Origin: Macrostomum hystrix
Lineage: Eukaryota > Animalia > Platyhelminthes
Direction of reading: 5' to 3'
Assembly (NCBI GenBank): GCA_950097015.1
Contig: CATNEN010000001.1
Span: 7,936,001-8,000,000 of the forward strand
Length of the DNA stretch: 64,000 bases
In this document: positions 12,705 through 24,562 of the stretch, in pieces
Layout: each line of letters starts with the position of its first letter
How positions within the stretch are numbered: position 1 is the stretch's first letter
Notes under the pieces: model-generated
Database searches by the model: none
What the model was told of the DNA's origin: nothing
The model's input: only the letters and a program-made list of their open reading frames with translations
Made by a program: the position numbers and the translations under genes

Positions 12705-13530
12705 AGGAGATTATTATTGAGATTGATAGTGAGATCATAGAGATTGATAGTGAGATTACTATTGAGATTGATAGTGAGATCATAGAGATTGATAGTGAGA
12801 TTACTATTGAGATTGATAGTGAGATCATAGAGATTGATAGTGAGATTACTATTGAGATTGATAGTGAGATCATAGAGATTGATAGTGAGATTACTATTGA
12901 GATTGATAGTGAGATCATAGAGATTGATAGTGAGATTACTATTGAGATTGATAGTGAGATCATAGAGATTGATAGTGAGATCATAGAGATTGATAGTGAG
13001 ATCATAGAGATTGATAGTGAGATTACTATTGAGATTGATAGTGAGATCATAGAGATTGATAGTGAGATCATAGAGATTGATAGTGAGATTACTATTGAGA
13101 TTGATAGTGAGATTACTATTGAGATTGATAGTGAGATTACTATTGAGATTGATAGTGAGATTACTATTGAGATTGATAGTGAGATCATAGAGATTGATAG
13201 TGAGATTGCTATTGAGATTGATAGTGAGATCATAGATATTGATAGCGAGATTATAGAGATTGATAGTGAGATTATTTAAATTGATGGTGAGAATATACAG
13301 ATTGATAGAAAGATTGTACGAGTTTATAGTGAGATTGTACAAGTTGATAGTGAGATTGTACAAGCTAATAGTGAGATTGTACAAGTTGATAGTGAGATTG
13401 TACAAGTTAATAGTGAGATTGTACAAGTTAATAGTGAGATTGTACAAGCTAATAGTGAGATTGTACAAATTGATAGTGAGATTGTACAAGTTGATAGTGA
13501 GATTGTACAAGTTGATAGTGAGATTGATGT
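12705..13530 (+). repeat. 21/24-bp minisatellite (gagattgatagtgagatcata / gagattgatagtgagattactatt, grading into gagattgtacaagttgatagt)
   Basis: Read directly. Confidence 0.92.
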
Positions 13531-14036
13531 TAAGATTAATGTCACATTTCAATAGTAACTTCTGGAACAATACAAACAAAAAATCTGTAGAACAATTATT
13601 GTGGCTACAAAGTATAGCGGAAACACTGTGTGACAATCAGTGACTATTGTTATATATTTCCGTTCAAACAGTGGCTAATCATGATCTATGAGATTAGGGT
13701 ACAGGATTAATTTCAGCTTGGCTATATATAAAAGTTTGCATTTAAATGGTATAACTGAATGTACAATATTGAAGCAAAGTCAAAGTAAAGAACTCAATTT
13801 AGTTCAGCAGAAAAGAACATGTTAATGTGTTTTAAAATCTGATTTTAATTAACCGGACACGGGTCCTGTGTAACTTTTCTTGTCTTTGTGTAGCAAATGA
13901 AAACGAATTCTAAATTAAAGTTTTGTTCATAAGGAAAATGAATTTACCAAACTACACTACTTACAACAAAGTTGGTAAGTAGGGTAAAACGCGCATGTTT
14001 AATAATTTTTAAAAGAAAACGATGACAACAAGCTGA

Positions 14037-14362
14037 CTATTGGCCGTACAACCCGACAGTGCCTCTGCCTTCCTCGTCCTCTTCGTCAGCGTCGTCGACT
14101 TTCTCGTCGTCGATAAAGTCCACCGATTTCCTGCAGCCTTCGGCGTTCAATTCGCGAATCTGCTGCTTCTCTTTCTTCAGTTTCATGCGCCGGTTTTGAA
14201 ACCAAATCTTTATTTGGCGCTCAGTGAGGCCCAGCAGGTGGGCGATCTCGATTCGGCGACGCCTGGTAAGGTAGTTGTTGAACTTGAACTCCTTCTCTAG
14301 CTCAAGCGTCTGCTGACGACTGTACGTCTGCCGACCGCTGCGGCGTTGGACCGAGTTTGGAC
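14037..14362 (-). CDS. Lox4: Central-class Hox gene (Lox4/Lox2, Ubd-A type), exon 2 with homeodomain and Ubd-A peptide
   Basis: Acceptor ...cgtcgcag|GT; [73 protein letters not shown]. The GPNS linker and QIRELN Ubd-A parapeptide are Lox2/Lox4 hallmarks; MKLKKE.QQI favours Lox4, while KFN is Lox2-like, so the symbol is tentative. Confidence 0.93.
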
Positions 14363-14385
14363 CTGCGACGGTAGAAAATTGGAGT

Positions 14386-15145
14386 TCATCTGACACCTGA
14401 CTGACCCACCTGACACCTGACTGACCCACCTGACACCTGACTGACCCACCTGACTGACTCATCTGACTGACTCACCTGACAACTGACCGACTCATCTGAC
14501 ACCTGACTGAAACATCTGAAACCTGACTGACCCATCTGACACCTGACTGACCCCATCTGACACCTGACTGACTCATCTGACATTTGAATGACCCATCTGA
14601 CATTTCAATGACCCATCTGACACCTGACTGACCCATCTGACATTTCAATGACCCATCTGACATTTGAATGACCCATCTGACATTTCAATGACCCATCTGA
14701 CACCTGACTGACCCATCTGACACCTGACTGACCCATCTGACACCTGACTGACCCATCTGACACCTGACTGACCCATCTGACATTTCAATGACCCATCTGA
14801 CACATAACTGACCCATCTGACACCTGACTGACTCATCTGACATTTGAATGACCCATCTGACATTTCAATGACCCATCTGACACCTGACTGACCCATCTGA
14901 CACCTGACTGACCCATCTGACACCTGACTGACCCATCTGACATTTCAATGACCCATCTGACACATAACTGACCCATCTGACACCTGACTGACCCATCTGA
15001 CACCTGACTGACCCATCTGACATTTCAATGACCCATCTGACACATAACTGACCCATCTGACACCTGACTGACCCATCTAACACTTAATTGACTCATCTGA
15101 CACCTGACTGACCCATCTAACACCTGACTGACCCACCTGACAGCT
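14386..15145 (+). repeat. 20-bp minisatellite (ctgacacctgactgacccat)n in the Hox intron, next to the acceptor
   Basis: Read directly. Confidence 0.93.
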
Positions 15146-15964
15146 GACTAAGTTATTTAATTGGATAATACTTTAGTACTCACGCACTTATAGGCAAGTA
15201 CATATTTCAAACACGGCAAAACAGTATACAGATACAATATTTTCGCCGAAATAAAAAAGCCTCATTTAATGCTATCTATTGTAATTCCCAATTTAACAAT
15301 CTAATTGCGGGTTGGTCCGATCGTTAAAACTTCGTGGAAAAGAAATCACGAAATTGCTACAGTGATATTCCATAACTGTCAGCGCACTATATACTTGCCT
15401 ACTGCATTGATCCAAGAGCAGCAGATCATTACAGGGGCGGTCATCTTGTAGTTACACCACTGCCTAGATTATCATCCAGTTAGTCATGAAAGAATTCAGA
15501 TCAGAGAGGAAAAAGAATTGAAACATGAAAAACCTGGCTGGGCAGTAAGCAGGCAGATAGCAGACGATATGGAGGTAGAAAAGAATATAAAAAATGGGAA
15601 AGACATTGTCAGGTCATAACTGTCAACTTGAAGTGCTCCTCGCCGATATTCGATTGTATTTCTTTTTCTCGCGTCGAATCTCCAGACGCAGCCTCGGACC
15701 ACGCGTTGGCCCTATCTATAAATGAGTTTTCATTGCAAACACTGGCCCGCAATAAGCCAATAAGCCTGCGCATTTTTATAGCCCGCGGTTCCGCTTTATT
15801 AGGCTCGATAGAATACCTGCTTCCTCCTAATTTACAGCCAGCTTGGGTCTATCTGCCCTAGCTTTCCTGTGCGAGCGGCTATTCCTGATGCGAAAGAAGC
15901 TGATTTTTTCAGCTTTTTGATCCGTCTTTTAGTAGGCTGGGTGCAGTGGATGAAATGGGGAATG

Positions 15965-16332
15965 AGAACATGGAGGGTGAGATGATAGATATTGAGGGTA
16001 AGATGATGGAGTTTGAGGGTGAGATGATGGAGATTGAGGGTGAGATGATGGAGATTGAGGGTGAGATGATGGAGATTGAGGGTGAGATGATGGAGATTGA
16101 GGGTGAGATGATGGAGATTGAGGGTGAGATGATGGAGATTGAGGGTGAGATGATGGATATTGAGGGTGAGATGATGGAGATTGAGGGTGAGATGATGGAG
16201 ATTGAGGGTGAGATGATGGAGATTGAGGGTGAGATGATTGAGATTGAGGGTGAGATGATGGAGATTGAGGGTGAGATGATGGAGATTGAGGGTGAGATGA
16301 TGGAGATTGAGGGTGAGATGATGGAGATTGAG
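15965..16332 (+). repeat. 21-bp minisatellite (gagattgagggtgagatgatg)n in the Hox intron
   Basis: Read directly. Confidence 0.95.
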
Positions 16333-16899
16333 TCCAACAATCAACCTCGTGAGCCCGAATACAGAGATTCGGGCTCAGATTCAATTAATTTACCATTCAA
16401 TTTCGGCATAGCTCTAGAAATACTGCAATACAATAGTCAAATGGCCATTATTACAGACGGGCAGACAGACTGCAGAGGTGGAGAAACATGCACATGTTAC
16501 GCATTAATTTCCTTTGAAGCTCACCGCTATGCAGCAGCAGCAGCAGCCATATAATACCTGCACAAACAGGTGCAAGATATTAACTGCAGTGCCAAACAGA
16601 ATAGTAACAGACCAAACTAGGTATCTATGGACGTAACGGATGAAAAAATTGAAAAACAGATACACCCGAAAGTGTTGAGAGTGCCAAGTATATTATCTTT
16701 TACAACTTTAGCTTTATTTTTTCTATTTTTTGGGAGCATGTGTTGTGTCTGTTCGGTGGGTGTTAGATTATTATGCCTCTATAGCGAGTGTCTTAAGTCC
16801 TGGTGGTGTTAGGCTGAATTTTCACGATTTTAACTTGCACCTTATAGTGCATGTAGGTCTGGCATAAAACATCTCAAAATACAGATCGTTTCACATCAT

Positions 16900-18250
16900 T
16901 TCCTCTCACTCTACCACTCACTGTCTCATTCTACCACTCTCCCTCTCACTCTACCACTCTCCCTCTCACTCTACCACTCACTGTCTCATTCTACCACTCT
17001 CCCTCTCACTCTACCACTCTCCCTCTCACTCTACCACTCACTGTCTCATTCTACCACTCTCCCTCTCACTCTACCACTCACTGTCTCACTCTACCACTCT
17101 CCCTCTCACTCTACCACTCTCCCTCTCACTTTACTACTCACTCTCTCACTCTACCACTCACTGTCTCACTCTACCACTCACTGTCTCACTCTACCACTCT
17201 TCCTCTCACTTTACTACTCACTCACTCACTCTACCACTCACTGTCTCACTCTACCACTCACTGTCTCACTCTACCACTCACTGTCTCACTCTACCACTCT
17301 CCCTCTCACTCTACCACTCACTGTCTCACTCTACCACTCTCCCTCTCACTCTACCACTCTCCCTCTCACTTTACTACTCACTCTCTCACTCTACCACTCA
17401 CTGTCTCACTCTACCACTCACTGTCTCACTCTACCACTCTCCCTCTCACTCTACCACTCACTGTCTCACTCTACCACTCACTGTCTCACTCTACCACTCT
17501 CCCTCTCACTCTACCACTCACTGTCTCACTCTACCACTCACTGTCTCACTCTACCACTCACTGTCTCACTCTACCACTCACTGTCTCACTCTACCACTCA
17601 CTGTCTCACTCTACCACTCACTGTCTCACTCTACCACTCACTGTCTCACTCTACCACTCTCCCTCTCACTCTACCACTCTCCCTCTCACTCTACCACTCT
17701 CCCTCTCACTCTACCACTCACTGTCTCATTCTACCACTCTCCCTCTCACTCTACCACTCTCCCTCTCACTCTACCACTCTCCCTCTCACTCTACCACTCA
17801 CTGTCTCATTCTACCACTCTCCCTCTCACTCTACCACTCTCCCTCTCACTCTACCACTCTCCCTCTCACTCTACCACTCTCCCTCTCACTCTACCACCCT
17901 CCCTTTCACTCTACCACTCACTGTCTCATTCTACCACTCTCCCTCTCACTCTACCACTCTCCCTCTCACTCTACCACTCTCCATCTTACTCTACCACTCT
18001 CCCTCTTACTCTACCACTCACTGTCTCGCTCTACCACTCACTGTCTCACTCTACCACTCACTGTCTCACTCTACCACTCACTGTCTCACTCTACCACTCA
18101 CTGTCTCACTCTAACACTCTCCCTCTCACTCTACCACTCACTGTCTCACTCTACCACTCACTGTCTCACTCTACCACTCTCCCTCTCACTCTACCACTCA
18201 CTGTCTCACTCTACCACTCACTGTCTCACTCTACCACTCTCACTTTCACG
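16900..18250 (+). repeat. 20-bp two-variant minisatellite ctctaccactc(actgt|tccct)ctca in the Hox intron
   Basis: Read directly. Confidence 0.95.
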
Positions 18251-19154
18251 CTACTACACTCATAGTCTCTCTACTTCCCTCCCTGTCTGTCTACTCTCTA
18301 CTCTCTACTCTCTACCTCTCTACTTCTCTCTACTTCCCTCACTCAATAACGTTCCCTCTCACCTTACCCCTGTTTCTTTTTATATATTCCTCTCCAACTC
18401 TCAGTCTCTATCACTCTTTACCATATTTTTTTAATCTCCCATTTCGTTTAGCACAGTAACAAGGGGCGTCAGGGTAGAAAGACTCCCCACACAGAGAGAC
18501 AGACAAAGAAAGTTCCAAGGAGTCAGCGGTCATAAACTTGGGCCCTCCTCGTGCCTATATAACTTTCCTCATAAATTGTCGGCACTGGCTGCACACACAC
18601 AGCAGTGTATATAGGCTGTGAGAGCAGGTGGTTCAAGCCTCTCGCATCTCCAAGGCGGTGCATAAAAAAACACACACACACGGCCATGCAGTTTTAACAC
18701 CGCCGCGCCGACAAAGGAGCTAAGCTCGGAAAGTCGAATTTCGGTCAGCAAATCAGCCCCACCCTTCCACTCTCCACTCTCTAGACCCTATTTAGACATA
18801 GTTTATGTCTCTCGCTTCACTTCGCTTGAGTCTATACTCAAGGATACAGCAGTAAATCAGCCTACTAAGATATATATAAGCAGATGTGTGTTGGGCTATC
18901 GCATATACTTTAGTTACTCTCTATAGTTGATTTATTAATTCTCCAATACACGTTCATGCGCCAGCTGATCTATGGCCTTCTTAACAATCATGGATTTATA
19001 GATATGAATATATATTAGTGCTGTGTATATTCGCTGTGCATAGCAACCGTTTGCAAATAGAATATGTCTTTTTTTCGTTCTCATAGATAAATCAATTGAT
19101 TTTGAACCTAATTTTTTAGGTAAATTAGACCATTCGCTATTGATACGTAATGTG

Positions 19155-20483
19155 AGATGAGACACGGGAGAGAAGAGACACGGGAGAGATGACACACAGG
19201 AGAGATGACACTTGGGAGAGATGAGAGATGAGACACCGAAGAGATGAGACACGGGAGAGAAGAGACACGGGAGAGATGACACACAGGAGAGAAGAGACAC
19301 GGGAGAGATGACACACGGGAGAGATGAGACACGGGAGAGAAGAGACACATTAGAGAGATTAGACACAAGAGAGATAGGACATTAGAGAGATTAGACACAA
19401 GAGAGATAGGACACTGGAGAGATGAGACACTGGAGAGATGAGACACGGGAGAGATGAGACACGGGAGAGGTGAGGCAGGGGAGAGATGAAGCAGGGGAGA
19501 GATAAGGCAGGGGAGAGATGAGGCAGGGGAGAGATGAGGCAGGGGAGAGGTGAGGCAGGGGAGAGATGAGACACGGGAGAGATGAGACACGGGAGAGAAG
19601 AGACACGGGAGAGATGACACACAGGAGAGATGACACTCGGGAGAGATGAGACACGGGAGAGATGAGACACGGGAGAGATGAGACACGGGAGAGATGAGAC
19701 ACGGGAGAGATGAGACACGGGAGAGATGAGACACGGGAGAGATGAGACACGGGGGAGATGAGACACGGGAGAGATGAGACACGGGAGAGATGAGACACGG
19801 GAGAGATGAGACACGGGAGAGAAGAGACACGGGAGAGATGACACACAGGAGAGATGACACTTGGGAGAGATGAGAGATGAGACACCGAAGAGATGAGACA
19901 CGGGAGAGAAGAGACACGGGAGAGATGACACACAGGAGAGAAGAGACACGGGAGAGATGACACACGGGAGAGATGAGACACGGGAGAGAAGAGACACATT
20001 AGAGAGATTAGACACAAGAGAGATAGGACATTAGAGAGATTAGACACAAGAGAGATAGGACACTGGAGAGATGAGACACTGGAGAGATGAGACACGGGAG
20101 AGATGAGACACGGGAGAGGTGAGGCAGGGGAGAGATGAAGCAGGGGAGAGATAAGGCAGGGGAGAGATGAGGCAGGGGAGAGATGAGGCAGGGGAGAGGT
20201 GAGGCAGGGGAGAGATGAGACACGGGAGAGATGAGACACGGGAGAGAAGAGACACGGGAGAGATGACACACAGGAGAGATGACACTCGGGAGAGATGAGA
20301 CACGGGAGAGATGAGACACGGGAGAGATGAGACACGGGAGAGATGAGACACGGGAGAGATGAGACACGGGAGAGATGAGACACGGGAGAGATGAGACACG
20401 GGGGAGATGAGACACGGGAGAGATGAGACACGGGAGAGATGAGACACGGGAGAGATGAGACACGGGAGAGATGAGACACGGGA
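19155..20483 (-). repeat. 16-bp minisatellite of the 7660/10040 family in inverted orientation, with a ~649-bp higher-order duplication
   Basis: + strand reads (gagatgagacacggga)n; identical repeat ORF starts at 19366 and 20015 differ by 649 bp. Confidence 0.93.
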
Positions 20484-20689
20484 GGAAAACGTTTTGAAAA
20501 GCCTAACAATAACTACATAACCAAAGGTAACTGTCTATTTGAATTTTCACCCTGAATGGCCACTAATACGAATATTCGTGACTTCAATCTTCCTACTTTC
20601 AAAGTCCTTTCACCCCTTGACAGAATGCCATGTATTTGCTCAGATGCTCAGAAGTTACAGATGAAACTCTCCGTTTGCCTAAAGTTACA

Positions 20690-21330
20690 TAGGAAACTCT
20701 CCTTCCAACCTGAAGTTACAGAGGAAACTCTCCTTCCAACCTGAAGTTACAGAGAAAACTCTCCTTCCAACCTGAAGTTACAGAGAAAACTCTCCTTCCC
20801 ACCTGAAGTTACAGAGGAAACTCTCCTTCCCACCTGAAGTTACAGAGGAAACTCTCCTTCCCACCTGAAGTTACAGAGGAAACTCTCCTTCCAACCTGAA
20901 GTTACAGAGAAAACTCTCCTTCCCACCTGAAGTTACAGAGGAAACTCTCCTTCCCACCTGAAGTTACAGAGGAAACTCTCCTTCCAACCTGAAGTTACAG
21001 AGGAAACTCTCCTTCCCACCTGAAGTTACAGAGGAAACTCTCCTTCCAACCTGAAGTTACAGAGGAAACTCTCCTTCTAACCTGAAGTTACAGAGGAAAC
21101 TCTCCTTCCCACCTGAAGTTACAGAGGAAACTCTCCTTCTAACCTGAAGTTACAGAGGAAACTCTCCTTCCCACCTGAAGTTACAGAGGAAACTCTCCTT
21201 CCAACCTGAAGTTACAGAGGAAACTCTCCTTCCCACCTGAAGTTACAGAGGAAACTCTCCTTCCAACCTGAAGTTACAGAGGAAGCTCTCCTTCCCACCT
21301 GAAGTTACAGAGGAAGCTCTCCTTTCCACT
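20690..21330 (+). repeat. 31-bp minisatellite (gaaactctccttccMacctgaagttacagag)n in the Hox intron
   Basis: Read directly. Confidence 0.95.
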
Positions 21331-21468
21331 TGACGTAACGGAAAAGTTCTTTCCCACCTTGTCATCAAAGAGGAATCTGTGACTTACACCAGAAGTTGCC
21401 GTTAAGAACCCGAGCTTACTGAGCATGCTCAAAGCAGGAAAGAATTAGTTTTAAGCACCGAGACTCAC

Positions 21469-21862
21469 CAACAACAGTCATCCATGGCCAGACTTGCTTG
21501 TTGGCATCAACAGAGCTTGAACAGGCTCTTAGCGAATGCATCATCAGTGCCGAAGCGTCTAGGCCAGCAGCTCCAGCCAGCGAATCTGCTGCGGCTGCGG
21601 CTGCAGCTGCCGCCATCGCCGGCATCCAAAGGTCACCGGCCTCGCTGGCTGAAGAGCCGACTGGATGAAGCTGATGATGCTGATGCTTGTAAAATTGTTC
21701 GTGATGATGCTGCTGTTGCTGCTGCTGCTGTTGCTGATGATGATGCTGACTGAATGCTGTCGAATCTGATAAGGAGTGCTGCTGCTGCTGCTGCTGCTGA
21801 TAAGTCTGACTTGCTGCATGCGATGCCAAATGCTGCTGACCGAAGGTAAAACAATAATTCAT
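21469..21862 (-). CDS. Lox4: Hox (Lox4/Lox2-type) exon 1: Q/H/A-rich N-terminus and hexapeptide
   Basis: Starts MNYCF (compare the Hox MNSYF motif), polyQ/His/Ala, ends VWPWMTVV-G|gtgagt. The phase-1 donor matches the phase of the acceptor at 14362, giving 720 nt and 239 aa. Confidence 0.88.
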
Positions 21863-22364
21863 GACTTCTTGAGAATGAATGCGAAATCTGAAGTTGGTCT
21901 GGCTTGATACTGCTGTAACTTTTTTGGCGCCTTATCCAATGTTTTCCGCTACTTGGGGGGTACTTGGCGGGCGCAACTCCACTCCCCGCTCACTTGACGA
22001 ACTCCCGCCTCCGCGCTTTCCCATTGGCTGGAAAAGTTGGGCAACTTGCCGCCGAGGCTATGAAAATCTTTCTAGCAGAAACTTGGCGGGGTAGAGGAAA
22101 ATGGATGGGAGAGACCTTCAGATATGGAATTCAGTGCCCCGATATCCCTAGCGCTGATTGTAAGATTATTCGCATTCGATTAGGCAAAAAATATTTGCCG
22201 ACTTTACAGCAGAATTGGGACTATGGGAGATGGTAAAAACCTGATACGGCAAGACTATGAATTATGATTTATGAAAATCTAATGTAAAATTATGGACTAC
22301 ATAAATTAACTTTAAGAGCTCCACGAAACGACTTTAAATAATGTCAATAAAGGGAATTGTTATT

Positions 22365-23040
22365 GGTCCTAAAATCCTGTGGTTGATGGTCCTCAAATCC
22401 AGTGGTAGATGGTCCTCGAATCCAGTGGTTGATGGTCCTCAAATCCAGTGGTAGATGGTCCTCGAATCCAGTGGTAGATGGTCCTCAAATCCAGTGGTAG
22501 ATGGTCCTAAAATCCAGTGGTAGATGGTCCTCAAATCCAGTGGTAGATGGTCCTCAAATCCAGTGGTAGATAGTCCTCAAATCCAGTGGTAGATGGTCCT
22601 CGAATCCAGTGGTTGATCGTCCTCAAATCCAGTGGTAGATGGTCCTCAAATCCAGTGGTAGATGGTCCTCAAATCCAGTGGTAGATGGTCCTCGAATCCA
22701 GTGGTTGATGGTCCTCAAATCCAGTGGTAGATGGTCCTCAAATCCAGTGGTAGATGGTCCTCGAATCCAGTGGTTGATCGTCCTCAAATCCAGTGGTTGA
22801 TGGTCCTCAAATCCAGTGGTAGATGGTCCTCGAATCCAGTGGTAGATGGTCCTCAAATCCAGTGGTTGATGGTCCTCAAATCCAGTGGTAGATGGTCCTC
22901 GAATCCAGTGGTAGATGGTCCTCAAATCCAGTGGTTGATGGTCCTAAAATCCAGTGGTTGATGGTCCTCAAATCCAGTGGTAGATGGTCCTCGAATCCAG
23001 TGGTAGATGGTCCTCAAATCCAGTGGTAGATGGTCCTCAA
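22365..23040 (+). repeat. 23-bp minisatellite (ggtcctcaaatccagtggtagat)n upstream of the Hox gene
   Basis: Read directly. Confidence 0.95.
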
Positions 23041-23418
23041 ATTGGTATGTCTTTAGATTGAATTAAGGAAATCGAATCGACACAGGGCACTCTTACCGGG
23101 TCGAAGTCCGCCATGCGTATAGTTGAGTGAGCAATCTAGTCCATTTTACAGTGCCGCATAAACATAATTAATAATTTATATAGTTGGAACGCACCCACAA
23201 TGTTTGAAGTGATTCAATTGAAGCATGCTTGACTAAATCTTCAACTTGACTTTGGCTCGCGTTTATTCTACTCGCTTGTCCGACACTGTTAACGGTCACT
23301 GCGTTATTTGAGTCTGTATAAAATTTATCATCAATAAAATTTTCTGTTTTTGAGCATTGAAGTGTTATTACATTAGACGGCAGCCTTATTAGACGGATAC
23401 TGGACTGGTAATGTATAT

Positions 23419-23898
23419 GGAACAACGCAAGCACACGAAACTCAAGAACACGGGCCAACTTTTTGTTGCGCATCTTCTGAAACAATAATCAAGTCGCCAG
23501 CTCTTCAGACCGTCGAGATATTCAATGTTTCTGGCCGGAGGTCATATTTTTCCTATTAGCGCTAGTGTATTTCATACACCCCCTATACACGCCTCAGGCA
23601 TGTCACCCGACTGTGCCTACATCATCTTCGTCATCGGTGGTCACCTACCTTTATCTCGAGACGGATTTGCTGGACCTTCAAGGGCTACAGCAGGTGGAAC
23701 GAGGCCACTATGGACACCCTGACGCGAATTTCTCCAATTTCACTGATCAAGCCTAAATATTAGGCGCAGCTCAACCACAGGACACCATTGTCTAGTCAGT
23801 CAACCAATCAGTCACCAGCCAACGGTGTTAGCATTCAGGCGCTGCCAAAAAAATTGTCAGGGAAGGGGGGAATTTACCCCCCCCCCGGTATAAAAACG
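23419..23898. mobile_element. Unclassified ~480-bp interspersed repeat, copy 1
   Basis: Colinear with ~60740-61240 from ggaacaacgcaagcac to ggtataaaaacg; G-run/C-run hairpin near the right end. Confidence 0.75.
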
Positions 23899-24227
23899 CG
23901 CGGCAAATGGCTTGGTAGTCCTACAATTATTAACTGACGTGCATGTGAAATAAAAATAATGAGTGGGAAGGAAATTACGTGTTGAAATAAATTCCTAGAA
24001 TTTGGATGACATTTTATTGAGACTTATTGAGCTTGATGACTCATGAATTTATTGAAAATACTTAGATCGGGACTTCTAGGAAATCTAGCTGACATTTTTT
24101 AGAATCTTTAGATGAGATCTCACTAGATGATCTTACTAGATGAGCTATTTCTTAGAATCAGTGAATGCGTTTTTATGCAAATGTATTTCGTAGCTTCTTA
24201 AAAGTAGAAAGACAACACTATAACTCC

Positions 24228-24562
24228 TATTAATTGCAGGAGGGCTGCGGGCCATGGTACATCATATGGTGACACTAGACCTGCAGCCAGCGCTGACTCC
24301 TGAGCACACACGCACACAGATACTGTACGCAGGCACACGCTCACACAGGTGTGTACATCTGCCCTGACTTTCTCATCGTCAGGCAGTGTACACTCTCACT
24401 GTGCCTTGGAGGTTGGCCCTCAAGGGCGTAAATTGCACGACAAGCCTCCAAACCTAATTTTCTCCGCGGCTGCGCCCCAAAATAAAAGTGGCCTCGCCGC
24501 GGAATCGAGCTCAGGGACCTTGGTGCGAGAGGCAAACGCGTTGACCGCTCTGCCACTCACCC
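24228..24562 (-). mobile_element. Near full-length tRNA-derived SINE
   Basis: Minus strand starts GGGTGAGTGGCAGAGCGGTC (A box) ... GAGCTCGATTCC (B-box-like), then a body shared with three other copies, ending cctcctgcaatta. Confidence 0.8.

Noticed and set aside
7461-20509. Long ORFs such as SHLSRVSSLPCLISPV, NLTINLY and EGEMMEI repeats (also LKSLPS at 45 kb and ILGQV at 51-55 kb)
   Set aside because: They are stop-free translations of minisatellites in several frames, often inside introns, with no unique coding context.
24350-24395. Hammerhead-like CTGACGA...GAAA in the SINE hairpin
   Set aside because: Only 3 nt separate the two boxes, so stem II cannot form, and CTGAC is itself paired in the hairpin.
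24490-24562. Functional tRNA gene
   Set aside because: The acceptor stem does not pair, and the sequence continues into a repeated SINE body.
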